Assembly: GCF_001194135.2 (NCBI RefSeq)
Contig: NC_068996.1
Coordinates: 52,206,187-52,270,186 of the forward strand
Reading direction: 5' to 3'
DNA from: Octopus bimaculoides
Taxonomy: Eukaryota
Length of the DNA: 64,000 bases
The position numbers and the translations under genes are program-made. Shown here piece by piece: positions 24,031 through 37,797 of this stretch; position 1 is the first letter of the stretch; the number at the start of each line of letters is the position of its first letter. A model generated the notes under the pieces. The model did not search any database. It had not been told where the DNA came from and saw only the letters and a list, made by a program, of their open reading frames with translations.

Positions 24031-27000
24031 CTACAAGTGTCATTTTAATATATTTTACTTCAACCATAAAATGAAATTAAAATTAAGCTACTGTTCAGTA
24101 ATTAGTATCATGTCAATATAATATATACACTTTAAATGTAGAATCATGCAATTTATTAATAATAATATATAAAATTGATGTTTTTTCAAATGAATGAATA
24201 CGATGAATGAAATAATGCTCGTCTATTTTAGATTAAACATAAATATGAACAAAACATTGCGAAACATATACGCAAAATGAATGTTTTTATAACATGAAAA
24301 TATTGTGGTCTTGCACATTACCTACGGTGGAATGAACAAATCTTCGATTAGTATACATACGAAGAACAAGTGCGCAGTTCTTTGAGGTGTTGCACAACTA
24401 GATTGATTAATAAATGCCTCAAAACCCAAGAATCCAATATGTAAGTTACGAAGCAACGAGTAACAGGGGTAAATATAAAAAAATTTCAGGAAATGTGATT
24501 AAATTACTTCCAGCGTAAAGAAAATTAATATTCTTAAGATTCTCATTCTCGAGAATGGTAAACAACGGTTATTTCTATGCAGAGTAGCGGTATTGATTAA
24601 GTAAAAGCAAAGTAGAATTTATGTGTTGCTTTTTATAATAACGGTATAGTTAATTCTAAAATGTTATGAATAAGAGTCGAAATCTGCACACAGGTCTACA
24701 TCTTTGGTAAAGAATTCAAATACATTATCAGAATAAAAGTGGTATATAGAACAAACAAAGATGTTGGTGTTAGTAGTTAAGTTAAATTTGTAGGAAATAT
24801 TATGGTTCCACCAATACAGCTTATTATAGGAAATGGTAATTCATTCTAGGTCTGCTAAAGCGAAACATACAAACAAAAGGTAAGCGATGCAATAGGGAAA
24901 TGGAATAAACTTAAACAATAACAGAATTTATTTAATTAAAGATTTACAAATGCATTATTACATGCAGTTGAAGGAAATTTTGATAAAATATATAAATTAG
25001 AAAATGACAGAAAGTTGTGACGGTGAAGAATTACCGAAAAATGGTTCAAGGAATCTAGGCACCATCACAAAACTATGACAACGGAAATATGATGATACCT
25101 GTGACATATATTTTGGATTACTGATAGAATATTGTCAGCAACATGGTGAACCTAGAATAAATTATATGGGATACTAGTAATGGTGTTTGTTATTACCTCT
25201 AAACAGTTTGGTAGCGATGGCGAAGCGTACAAAAGAAGAACAGCCACAAGCAGCAACACTGGTTGACCCCCTTCCTCTTGCTGACAGCAGTCCCATGCTA
25301 GAGATCACCGCCGCAACCACCCCCAACTTTTCTACCACTTAACTGGCACCGAAGCCAGGAGCAGATAATTTATCTTGTTCTGATTTAGATTTCTCCGTTC
25401 AATTGGAAAATATTTCATGATCATTTCATGAAACAACAAGAGCCTCTGAACAGCAGTTCGTAGTGTCAGAAATAGCAGCCAAATCTCTCTCTCAGTCACA
25501 ACCTGATACATTAGGCAAACGTACTTCTCATTATAAAATCGGATAAGATTGGCACCGCTGAAATGATTACAATCATGGGTCTGTTCGTTCAGAGCTGACC
25601 AGGGGCTAAACACCAACAACATAATAATTTGCTTTGCTGTTTAAATAATTATGTGTTTGTGAAAATAGAATCAAAAACAAAAATAAGCAATTATATAAAA
25701 TTCCTTAAATCAATTTATGAATTTACAGAATCAAATAAAGATAATTTAATAAAGTTTATTGGTGGCCGAAGGGAGACTACTCTGATCACGAACGGAGATT
25801 GGTTTATTAAATGAGCACCAGCTTCTTAATTAACAAAACTAGCAGTGGAAATACTCTCGAGCACGTTAATGAATACATGTTGCAGTTATGACCTGATATG
25901 AGAAAATTGCTTATTTAACGGAATATAAGGGGAAACGTTCATATGAATTCAAACTATGAGTCTTCGATTATAAGTATGTCATCCTCTTTCGAATAAAGCT
26001 GTTCTTATAATTAATGTAACAGTTTGGCATGAAGATTTATTCTCGGTGATTGAATAAATAGAGATATTTCTTGATTGCCTATTTCATTTGCTGCAAAAAA
26101 ATTCCATTTAAAAAAAATTTCAACAAGAACTAGTTTTTAGCAACTAAAATGATATTTATTGAATGAATTAACCAAACTTAAAATTTAAAAAAAAATTCCG
26201 CAATAACAAGAAAATTATGACTTTAGACATTCTGACCTATTTGCAGAAGAATTCAAAACATAACTTCTACATTTACTTTATTTGAAACTTTTAGTTAGGC
26301 AGAGTAAATTATAGGGACAAAAAGTGTGTGAAAATATAGAGAAAACGGTATTCCTTCGATATGATTTAGTACAAAACTTAGTAGCTTCATTTAGAATTCA
26401 GTTAATTTTTCGTACAAACTTCGATATAATGTAAACATAAAAAAATACTTGTTATATAAAATTAATTTGAGAAGAATTGTATTTAATTATAAATAGAAAT
26501 TAGCACTGTTGATTTGTTTAAGAAGGAAGTCCTCTCCGTTGCTTAATTACATTTAAACAAGGCAATGATGTATGAGCTAAGAATGACTGTTATTTTGACC
26601 TGTGAGACTAGCAGACTTGTATCTCTTTCTCTTAGTTGCTGGCTAAGCAATAAACTCGTACTTTATTTTGAAATGGCTTGTTGGCACCAGAGAGATCTAC
26701 GTATATCTTTCCTCCTCAAAAACGAGTCTTATTTCGTAACCTAACATTTAGCGGGGTAAAAATCAGGATTATTTTGGTGGAACTGGAAACTAATGAGGTA
26801 AATGACAATGCAAATTTCAATGTATAAAGAGTGAAAGGAAATAAGTCACAGAAAACACCCTCAGGAAAAAGTGTTACATTTTATCTAAATTCCATAAACA
26901 ATATTTTTAATCTTTTAATAAAAATAACGCAATTTATATTACAAGTATCTGAAAATTGTGTTTTATGCAATATCTTGAACATCACTGACAAATTATTTGA

Positions 27001-27687
27001 AAATCAATTGCACTTTCATTCAATAATTTTGTATTTATGAGTGGAAATTTTTTTATGTTACTAGAATTCGTAATGGATTACTTTCTGATTTATGCTAAGT
27101 ACTCGAAGAAAACTAATATTACTTTCAAACTTTGATAAAAATTCTTCGATAATTGCCATTTTGAAGTTTTCTGAGTTCATATTTTGTGTACTCTGCGATT
27201 ACCAAGAGATGATATCGCTTTTCATGGAGATATATTATAGGGGTCCTATTATCCTTGATGTAACAAAAGTGAGTAACCCGGCTTTCACGGTTCAAAACAC
27301 ATTTTTTAAAGTAAATAAATACTTGATTATGCGATCCATTGTGGTTTTTGCGCATGCATAAAAAAATACGGACCAGATGCATATGCAAAGGAATTTCGAC
27401 GTGACCATCTCGCCTTTCTTTAAGAAAACGTCTTCCAGATTAATACTGGCATAACGGGTCCCAACGGTGAGTAACCCTAAACCTAAAATGACGCATAACT
27501 CTAACTCCATTTCTAAACTCTGAACTTGAAACCCTAAGCAACAGCATGAGTTGTGCACACGTCGGTGCATTTGTAAAAACTAAAATTAACTGGGCTGTCA
27601 AACATTTATGTTGAAAATTCTCTGTTATGGATTGATATGATTTTGGGGTAAAAAACATGATGATCCAGCTTAATATTTTTCATTCTT

Positions 27688-28064
27688 GAGTGGCTGTGTG
27701 GTAAGTAGCTTGCTTACCAACCACATGGTTCCGGGTTCAGTCCCACTGCGTGGCACGTTGGGCAAGTGTCTTCTACTATAGCCTCGGGCTGACCAAAGCC
27801 TTGTGAGTGGATTTGGTAGACGGAAACTGAAAGAAGACTGTCGTATATATGTATATATATATATGTGTGTGTGTGTTTGTCCCCCCAACATCGCTTGACA
27901 ACCGGTGCTGGTGTGTTTACGTCCCCATAACTTAGCGGTTTGGCACAAGAGATCGATAGAATAAGTACTAGGCTTACAAAGAATAAGTCCTGGGGTTGAT
28001 TTGCTTGACTAAAGGCAGTGCTCCAGCATGGCTGCAGTCAAATGACTGAAACAGGTAAAAGAGT
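27688..28064 (+). mobile_element. Full-length CORE-like tRNA-SINE
   Basis: A box tggctgtgtggt, B box ggttcagtccc, CORE-like gttgggcaagtgtcttctactatagcctcgggc, 3' end gcagtcaaatgactgaaacaggtaaaagag. Confidence 0.85.
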
Positions 28065-29279
28065 AATTGAATTAGAGTTGGTATGGCTTACAGTTAGCAA
28101 AAGATAATCTTAATTGCATGTGTAAACACTTGTTTCATAAAAGTTAAACTTAATATAATTTCCTATATTATCATTAGATCCATACTTATAAGATATGCTT
28201 AAAATTCAGAGTTTCCGTTGGACTAACGAAAGATAACGCAGAAGTCAACAGGTTTTTGAGCTAAAAATGCAGAATGGTGAAACGAAATAACTCTGACTTC
28301 TACTGTTTGGGCTCCTTAGCCAACAGGAGGGCCAAGCAACAAAATCTCTCAGAAACTACATCCACTGTCTTAATTGAAAGACACATTAAATGATGTAGTC
28401 CTAGATATCACATGACCGACTAGGTTATCTGATGTTACACATCACTGGTCACAATGTGCTTTGCATTGTTTTAGCCTTTGAATGACGTCACCCTGCTGGC
28501 TAGGTGAGCAGGGCAACATTGTTCCATGATCAAAAACGAGTCTAGAACAACATGAAATGAAGTGTTTTGCGCAAGAACACTACATATCACCCAGTCTGAA
28601 AATCAAACCTACAACTGTGAGTGCAACAGCCTAACCACTGGGCTACACTCCTTCACAGTTCTATATATTATTACTATGACTGAATAGAATATGGGGTGAT
28701 CTCAGCCAGAATTCTGTTGAGCATAGATCTGATGGTCCAGAGTTGGCCTTGTACTCTTTTACTCTTTTACTTGTTTCAGTCATTTGACTGTGGCCATNNN
28801 NNNNNNNNNNNNNNNNNNNNNNNNNNNNNNNNNNNNNNNNNNNNNNNNNNNNNNNNNNNNNNNNNNNNNNNNNNNNNNNNNNNNNNNNNNNNNNNNNNNN
28901 NNNNNNNNNNNNNNNNNNNNNNNNNNNNNNNNNNNNNNNNNNNNNNNNNNNNNNNNNNNNNNNNNNNNNNNNNNNNNNNNNNNNNNNNNNNNNNNNNNNN
29001 NNNNNNNNNNNNNNNNNNNNNNNNNNNNNNNNNNNNNNNNGTCTGCCAAATCCACTCACAAGGCTTTTATCGGCATGAGGCTATAGAAGAAGACACGAGC
29101 CCAAGGTGCCACGCAGAGGGACTGAACCCGGAACCATGTGATTGGGAAGCAAACTTCTTATCACACAGCCACACCGATAAGATTTATATATATAAAGTCA
29201 AGTATATTGTGCTAAACAACAACAACTAAAGCATATAGCAATGCTTATTTTTTTTGGTCTTTTGATTCTGTGGACCATA

Positions 29280-29620
29280 AGTGGCATCACTGGCTTCAGA
29301 AGGAGAGGAAATTCCAGATTGATGGTGACCTGAATGGAAATTAACAGACAAATTATTTATTGTGAAATTTGAAGGATGACACATAACAGAAACAATGCAA
29401 AGTGTTATGCAAATTGCTGATTCAGAGAAATGGAGGCCATTGTATTACATTGTATGACAGGAAATATGACAGAGAGAAATTAGATGCTTTTTCTGAGAAC
29501 TGAAGAGTATAGTGTTTGGTGAATGACTCTTTGTCCATCAGCCAGATGACTCGTTTATAGATGACGATGTCTGTGTGAGTAACAACAGAAGCACTGTCCC
29601 CCCACATATACTACTATATG
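29280..29620 (-). mobile_element. CR1/Jockey-like LINE C-terminal relic
   Basis: YSSMWGDSA..KRVIWLM..LQFSEKASNFSLSYFLSY resembles YASHVWGG..KAFRLI..HRRNVASLAIFYRY. Confidence 0.4.
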
Positions 29621-29979
29621 AATTAGCATTCAATCAAGGTTGAAGTTTATTTTTGCTTTTGAAGAAGCCTAGTCTTTAGGATGTAGTAATGTTCTATACA
29701 TATATACATACATAGGAAACTTATATATATACACCATTCTGCTTAAATAATGGAACTGCAAATACAATATCCTTACGTATCTCACATCTGTTTTCATTCC
29801 TCCACTTCACTCTGTATTTCATATCTTCTCTATAATAACTGTTGCTTAGCCATTTTCTCGCACCATCTCTGATGGAGGGATGTATGAAATACCCTGGAAA
29901 CAGCTGTAAGACATTCTCTTTATAAATGTTCTGAAAGCTATTCATAGCTTTGGATTTTTTTTTATCTCATTCTGTTAAT

Positions 29980-30022
<43 letters not shown>

Positions 30023-30233
30023 TATACATATATATTATATGGGTAGTTAGTGTAAATCCAAGCTGCTTCCTCTTGCTCTTTACTAACTAGGATCTTGTAC
30101 ATGCAAGTCTAAATTTCCTCCTCCATGATAAATAGTATTTTATTGCTTTGTTTATTTATTTATTGGTACATTTTAATATATATAACTATATATTTATATA
30201 TATAGATTCAGATGAATATGGTACTTAAGTTGG

Positions 30234-30825
30234 GGCACCAGAATTTAGTACGGTATTATCCATACAATTAAAATCAAAATAAGCAACAAGGATATCCAGA
30301 GGTAATGCAGTAAGATTGTTTCAGGCAAATCCATTTAATTGAACAATGCAATCATTGCATCACTTTAAAATGCAGAGCAATCCTCAACTGCATAAAGACA
30401 TAGAATTTAATCAAATTAAAACAGATGGACACATTAGTATAATCTTACTTAATATCTCCAGAAAGGTAAGGAGATAGACAAAGAACATGCTGTCTTCACT
30501 TCAGCTTAGATGCTACTAAGGTATCAGGAAGAAAGACTTGTTACAGATTTGGCTTGTCACTTTTATATGGGGTCAGTTTTAATTTATAGACTAGTTTATC
30601 AAATCTTTGTATATCTAAGGCCAAAAGAACAAGTACTACTCCTTGTTCTTTTGGCCTTATACTAATGTGTCCATCTGTTTTAATTTGATTAAATTCTATG
30701 TCTTTATGCAGTTGAGGATTGCTCTGCATTTTAAAGTGATGCAATGATTGCATTGTTCAATTAAATGGATTTGCCTGAAACAATCTTACTGCATTACCTC
30801 TGGATATCCTTGTTGCATATTTTGA
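30234..30825. repeat. Dispersed repeat copy carrying a 169-bp near-perfect inverted duplication
   Basis: 30274-30442 equals the reverse complement of 30657-30825 (one mismatch seen); 16-bp hairpin at the junction 30618-30657. Confidence 0.9.
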
Positions 30826-30826
30826 G

Positions 30827-30857
<31 letters not shown>

Positions 30858-30858
<1 letters not shown>

Positions 30859-31019
30859 AATAAGAAAATGGAGGGGATCAAGAGGTGGTATTCATCAACT
30901 TTTAGACATTATATTATGTCTATTTATTTTTAAAAAAACAATTATAACAATAAATAGACATAATATAATGTCTAAAAGTTGATGAATACCACCTCTTAAT
31001 CCCCTCCATTTTCTTATTG
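30858..31019. repeat. 71-bp-arm hairpin with 20-nt loop
   Basis: 30858-30928 pairs with 30949-31019, one mismatch. Confidence 0.9.
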
Positions 31020-32479
31020 CTGTATAAATTAAGGGTAAAAAAACTTTTTACCCTCACCCATTTATTACATTCAGTAGTGTAATTGCCATACAATGAAAAA
31101 ACACTAGTGTATTAATAATTGGGTATTCTACCAGCAGAATATTGGATAGATATTATCCCTTAGTTGATCGGATTCACAACCTCTAACTTTCTTGGAATTA
31201 TATATATATATATATATATATATTAATCAAAGTGCACAGTATTATAAGTCCATTACGGCCAATCTCACTGATCAGTTTCACACTAGCGATTCAATAGAGT
31301 ATTAGGTAACAGTTCAATTATGTAACCCTGCATGCTTCAGAGATGAGTCTTTACATTTGTAGTAACTTTGTTGTTTGTATGTAGCTAAGCTGTAGTATTA
31401 CCATTTCTCATTGACACATGTAGTGAATATGTTTTTGTTCAATTCATACATTGTTGTATCTTTTATTGGCAGATAAGGCTATTATTGTTCACACCATTAA
31501 TCTAATCATTAAAAAGTTTTTTTTCTTTTTTTTTCAGGATTTACATTTTTATGCTGTATCTTGATCAATTTGATATCCAGTTGTCAAGTATTTTATTGAT
31601 GAAGCATCCATACTATGATTCAAACTAAAATTAGGGTAATGGCTAATGAGAATGTTTTTACTGTTAGTTTAGAAATAAAGATTCCTAGTTCACATTAATT
31701 CTGATTATGACGACCAAAAAATTTCATAACATTGTTCAGATATAATATATATTAAAAAAAAAATATATATATGTCAAGAGAATCAGTTTGTTTGAAGATT
31801 GGGTTAATAGCCTTGTTAATAATAATTCATCTTGGATATTTACTTTCACAGAGAAAATTATTATCAAAGTTTCTCTTTATGAAAGCTGTACAAGTCTAAT
31901 GTGAGATTTTTTTTATTGCCCACAAGGGGCCAACACAGAGGGGAGAGTCTAATGCACAAGTGTAAGATGAGGTATCTAGATTCTATATGGATGACACCTG
32001 TACATGGGAAAATCATAAAGGTTAAGCAGTGATGTCCTCTTTCTAAAAGTGTGTCTTTCTAATGAAAGCATAATTTTGTTAATATTTGGAAGAAGGGGCT
32101 TTGACCATGATCTTTACAGTTCCTCCAAGAGTGGTGACCTTCATGGCATCAATGTTCCATTCTAAATGTTGCTCAAAAGATATAAACAGGGTGAAGATAC
32201 CTGAAGACCAATATTCTGAGAAATAAGGGTTGGGTACAATGACTCATTCAGAGCTAAGTGGGGTGGGGAGACACCAAGAACAATAAAACCCTTAAAGGAC
32301 AAGTGAGTCAGGGGTGTCTAAATAGTGGATGTATTAGGTTGGTTATTCATTTGATAAAGATAGCTCAGATTACTTGAGCTTATATGTAAGGGCTCTGATT
32401 TTTACCACATTAAGCGTTAAGTGCCACCTTGCCACATTTTCAGTTTATTCAGATATTCTTGATTGCTTTCCGATTTGTT

Positions 32480-33060
32480 TACATCATCATCATCATCTTG
32501 AATAGAAATATGGTTAAAGTTAGCTATAGTTTCTTCCCCAACACAGACTCAATGATCTTCAGTCACAATAAGAACAGAAGCGTTAGGAACACCCCACATT
32601 GATCTTATGTGTGTATATATATATATAAGATCTTGTAAATGTAAATTCCTTAGTAACTGTTCTCTGAACAATATACACCTGAAAACAGCTGGTTTAAAGG
32701 TCAATACCACAGACATAGATGGGATCACAAGAACTTACTTTGGAATGACTTCAAATACCTTCAAGGAAAGATACACATGGCCATTGACTTCGTTTAGACA
32801 AAATAATAAAAGATATGCAACATCTTTGTCTAATATGGTATAGAAGTTTAAACATAGGCATGTAGATAATCCCTGAATAGAGTAGAGCATCATAGTTAAA
32901 GCCAACAAATATTAGGGACAAGGCGGTGAATGCAATATCTGAATTACATAGAAATAAAACTGCATAACTCTAATGATGAATGTTTTGCTTATTAGGGAAT
33001 AAAACTTCTTCCCTTGCTGCCACAAACAATAGTTTAAACTGCAGAATTTCAAACATAACC
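32480..33060 (+). mobile_element. Penelope-like element, linker and GIY-YIG endonuclease relic
   Basis: LNRNMVKVSYS..SHNK..CKCK..TYFGMTSNTFKERY..SFRQ..ATSLS matches the PLE NRNTVKVSYSC..YIGLTE..FKERY..H..SF..STELS pattern; stops present. Confidence 0.75.
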
Positions 33061-33186
33061 CCATCACAGACCTCACCACCTATTCAGCTAGGATAAATTA
33101 AAGATATAATATTAATATCATGCATGATTAACATAATAAATGTACATTGTTTATTCAATTTTAGGAACTCATGCTTGAATTCTAAA

Positions 33187-33252
<66 letters not shown>

Positions 33253-33253
<1 letters not shown>

Positions 33254-33360
33254 GATTGAAGCCTGGTGTTGCCATCCGGTTTCACCAGTCCTCAGTCAAA
33301 TCGTCCAACCCATGCTAGCATGGAAAGCGGACGTTAAACGATGATGATGATGATGATGAT
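33253..33360 (+). mobile_element. Short RTE 3' terminus in a TA microsatellite
   Basis: ccatccggtttcaccagtcctcagtcaaatcgtccaacccatgctagcatggaaagcggacgttaaac(gat)n. Confidence 0.85.
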
Positions 33361-33747
33361 ATATAGTTGAAATTTATAGAAAAACAAAAATTGAAGACAG
33401 GTATATAAACAATAAACAGGTGTATTAGTTTAGCGCTCAGGAAGGTGAGAAAGTCTTTTACATTGAGCCAACAGAAAGGAACACGAGGAAATAAACAGAG
33501 AGAGAATAAAAATACTTAGGAGCCAACGGTCAATCATGATGGTGCCAAAAAAAAAAGAACACATGCAATACTCATTTATTTTTATCAAAACAATTAAAAG
33601 TTATGGTAAAATATCAAAAACGAGGAAAATCTAATGTGCTAATAATTCTAATGAATTAAGTATTATAACATTGATGTGATACTGTATAAACTACCTGACA
33701 TCATAGGCTTCAGGTTTTTATTGTTGGAATTAGCATGAGACGACAAG

Positions 33748-35260
33748 CAGTGGCAGACAACAAGGGAAGCAACGCGAGCTGTTGCATCCCTTTCCTTGTA
33801 ATATTTTCACATTTTTTTCCGATAAAAATGCCTCAAAGACGATTTTTTTCTAGTAAGAGCTGATAACGAATAGTTTTTAGATGCTAATAAATACTTATAC
33901 ACTTAGATTAAGTTTCTGTCAATTTGCAATATCTATGATATATATAATCTTACATTGTTATGTTACACTTACGTAGGAAAAGGGAAGCAAGTTGACATTT
34001 TGCTTCCACCAGAAAAACAGTGAAAAGATAACGTGTAGTTTTCTTCGTTTATTCAACTAATATTTTACACTTTTTCAAATTACAGAACAACCTTAATATA
34101 AAATGGAAGCAAACAGTGATTGTGTTTCAAGTCAATGTAACTGCATAATTGAAAGTTTGTTGAGTAATAAGTTTTCTTCATGAACTTACGCTAAAAATGT
34201 ATGTACTGTTCAAAGTGGTAGACGAATTCCTGATGTTTCTTTAAGGAGTAAAGCAAAAAAATTGTATTCGAAAGTTTAGCAAAGTGCAATATGAGAAGAC
34301 AAAGTTAACAGCTTGTTCTAGCTTCAATAAATTTTACTGTTGGCCCTGCCTGTTATTTAACAACGAAAGATATACGTGGAATTCATATGGATATTGATTT
34401 TTTATTAAACAGCCAACATCAAAAAAATATAGAACTCATAATGAAAAAGTAAAGATAAAATAGGGAGATCTTAAGACGATTAATTGATGTAGTTTGTTTT
34501 TTAAGTGAACAGCAACTAGCATTCAGAGATGATGAATCAGCTGATTCTGGTAGTAAGGGCAATTACGTAGAAATACTCCACCTCTGTAAGAAATACGATC
34601 CTATATTATTATCACATTTGCAAGAGGCAGGCGTTTTTACTAGCACTTCAAACAGATTTCAAAATGATTTAATAGTGTGGCTGAAGTTCTTTTAGATAAG
34701 ATTAAATGGGGAAATTAATGATTCAACATCTGTGGCTATTATTTTAGGTGAAGCAACTGAAATTAGAACTGTAGCATAGCTTTCATTTGTAGCAAGATAT
34801 GTTATAAGTGACGGTAATATTGCAGAAAGATTTTTAGGATTTTTAAACGTAAGTTCTGATCGTATGGCAAGTAGTTTGTCAAAAATTGTTCGATAAAATA
34901 GAAGATTTAAAAATTGGTCGTAAGTTTGTGGCTCAAACTTATGACGGTGCAAGTGTAATGTCAAACAAATTAAATGGTTTGCAAAGAAGACTTGAAGAAA
35001 AGTATCCTCATGCTATTTTTGTTCATTGTGTGGCCCATAGATTAAATCTAGTTCTGTCTCAAGCGGCTGCAAATATTCAAGAAGGTTATAAGTTTGTTTT
35101 TGGGGTTTTTTTTTTTTGCATCTATTAGATATTGAAATTAAAAAGCGTTTTCCAAAAGTGACGCTAACTCGCTGGAACTTGAATCGTTCATTGGTAGAAA
35201 CAGTTCGTGAATATCATGAGCAACTTGCTGATTTATTCCTAAACATCATTGACTGTATGA
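33748..35260 (+). mobile_element. Degenerate hAT transposon (DUF4371/ZMYM1-like transposase)
   Basis: QQLAFRDDES..KGNYVEIL, ERFLGF, QTYDGASVMSNKLNGLQ..FVHCVAHRLNL; probable left end cagtggcagac at 33748; frameshifts and stops. Confidence 0.8.
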
Positions 35261-35700
35261 CTTTATGATTAGAGTGGTAATCATGTATCATGCCTCACCA
35301 GATATTTTGAGCATTTTTGCAATTGTCCCTGATGGACCTACAGTTTATCTTCATGTCTTTGATTGTATGTGCGTGTGGATAGGGGCTGGTGACCTTGAAG
35401 TGTGCATGTGTAGGTGTGGATAATGGTGTGCGTGCTGGGAAGTTGTCAATGCTAGTGAGTGTATGAGGGGGTGATGTGGTGGGGTTGGGGTGGGGTATGT
35501 GGGAGTGAAATGGGGCGAGGTGGGAAGGGATGTATAAGGATGGTGGGGTTGGAATGTGTAGGGGTGGGGTAACAATGAAGGGAGAAGGTGGGTAGGAGTG
35601 AAGAGCGGAAGTAGGTGTCAGAGCAAGAGAGGAGAGGAGAAGTGGGTGGGAGTGAAAGGAGGAAGTAGGTTTGAGAGAAAGAGAGGAGAGAGGAGGGAGG

Positions 35701-36375
35701 TTAGATGAAGAGGGGAGGAGAGTTGAGCCCATGTGGCGCAAAGGAGCAAATAGAGAAGATTAATTCCTGTTCATGGCGAAGACAGGAGTTCGGATGGCCC
35801 CTATGCAAAGACAATCCGAACACAGACAGGTGTTGTAAAGAATGACCAGTGGAGCAGAAATGGTGCGGCGAGCTGACAGAAACGTTAGCACACAGGGCGA
35901 AATGCTTAGCGATATTTCGTCTGCCGCTACATTCTGAGTTCAAATTCCCCCGAGGTCAACTTTCCCTTTCATCCTTTCTGGGTCGATAAATTAAGTACCA
36001 GTTACGCACTGGGGTCGATGTAATCGACTTAATCCCTTTGTCTGTCCTTGTTTGTCCCTTCTATGTTTAGCCCCTTGTGGGTGATAAAGAAATTAGAAAT
36101 GGTGCGAGACCGGGGTTTCATTGCCGAGTCTGATGTCTCAGAGGTGTTCTGCAAACCAGTCAGCCAAGCGGCGTCCTGTCTGGCTGATGTACAGAGAAGG
36201 ACAGAGAGAGCACGAGATGCAGTAGATGACATTGCTAGAAGTGTAAGTGAAGGAGTCAGTGATATGATAGGGTCGATGATGGGTGTCTGTGAGGAGGGTG
36301 GTGTTGGAGAGGTAAGGGCAAGTGCGACAGCATGAACGAGAGCAGGGGAACAAGCCAGATTAGGTTAGGGAAGAA
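35701..36375 (-). mobile_element. Penelope-like GIY-YIG endonuclease C-terminal fragment, split by a SINE
   Basis: CSRSCCRTCPY..FTYTSSNVIYCISCSLCPSLYISQTGRRLADWFAEHL*DIRLGNETPVSHHF|CSTGHS..LSVFGL..EQELIF..PHGLN; continuous once the SINE is removed. Confidence 0.85.
35868..36094 (+). mobile_element. Full-length tRNA-SINE with 12-bp TSD
   Basis: A and B boxes; TSD agaaatggtgcg at 35856-35867 and 36095-36106. Confidence 0.9.
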
Positions 36376-36382
36376 ACTGTGG

Positions 36383-37763
36383 ACCACATAGGTATAAATT
36401 CTCCTGGGAAGGTGACATTGATGGGGTAGTTGGTGTGGGCATGCTTCTTGCAGAGAAATGGGTGTATAAGGTTATAAAGGTGGTTAGAGTGTGCAATAAA
36501 GTACTTAAACTCAGGTTAGTCTTGCAGAATAGTATAGCTACCTTTATCTCTGCCTATGCCCCACAAGTATGCCTACCAAATGAACAGAAGCATCACTTTT
36601 ATGATATTCTTCTGCAGGCTACCTCAAAGATGAAAGACAATGATCTCATCTATGTGGTTGGGGATTGCAATGAGTATGTCGGGCAACAGTCAGGTATTTT
36701 CCATGGTGTACATGGTGACCATGGAATTGGTTTCTGAAATGAAGAAGGGACAAGGCTGCTGGAGTTCTTTGATGCAAATAAACTATTGATCTGCAACACC
36801 GACTTCAAGAAGCCAACCAGCCACTTGATAACCTACCAATCAGGTGACCACACTAACCAGATTGATTACATTCCCACCAGACAGTGGGATATATGGTTAC
36901 TCATAAATACAAAGACCTTCCCTGGTGAAGAATGTATCCACCAGCAGAGATTGTCATAAGTGACTTTAGACTTCAGGCTGGAAAGATGCCAAGAATCAAA
37001 CCAATCTGGAAAAGAAGGATTTGGAAGTTTAAGGAACCTTTATATGGTCAGAGATTTAGGGACACCTTAATTGAGAAATTTGATGAGATGGAGGAGGAAC
37101 TACAGACTTGTAACATAGAGGGCAACTGAGAATTCCTGCGGGACAGCCTGTTGAGTGCCACAGACTAAATCTGTGGCTAGTACAAAGTCCCATCCAGACC
37201 TAGGGTGATGTAGTAGTGGAACGATGATGTAGACAAGGCCACTGGAGCAAAGAAACAGACCTGGAAGGACTGGAAGTGTTGGGGTAGCAGGAAACTGTAT
37301 CAGATAGTCAGAAGAGATGCTAGGTGATAGTTATATCTAGCCAGGGGAGAAGCACAAAAGAAGAAGTTTGCCTAAGACCTGTGACATGAGGACCAGAGAC
37401 TTGAAGCATTTTGGATTGCAAAACAGTGTGAGAGAAAATCATGATGTCATAGGAGAGAAATATGTCTGCATGGATGATGGTGCCCTTGCATGTAATGATT
37501 CTGCAAAGAAAGAGGTTTGAAAATGCCATTATGAAAGGCTGCTAAACATGGAGAATGAATGGGAGAAGGAGAGTCTGCCAAATGTTGACCCAATTGAGGG
37601 ACCAGCTATCCAAATTGACAGTACCTTGATAGATAAAGCAATTAAGGATATCAAGACAGAGAAAGCCTCCAGCCCATCAGGGATCACCACTGAGATGCTT
37701 AAAATATCTGGTGGAGTAAGGTATAGTCTAGTCATCCATATAGTTAATCAGGTTGTCCATGAG
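36383..37763 (+). mobile_element. RTE LINE fragment (AP endonuclease plus linker)
   Basis: GMLLAEKWV..FISAYAPQV..VVGDCNEYVG..NEEGTRLLEF..NQIDYI; linker NEWEKESLPNVDPIEGPAI matches the 946-3480 element. Confidence 0.85.
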
Positions 37764-37797
37764 GTTAAGAGAGAAAATAGTTCTTGTGTGTGGAAGG

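Noticed and set aside
35295-35741. 148-aa Pro/Ser/Thr-rich ORF
   Set aside because: Low-complexity pyrimidine tract next to the PLE 3' end; no splice or homology support
36048-36335. 95-aa + strand ORF
   Set aside because: Antisense to the Penelope GIY-YIG fragment and starts inside a SINE
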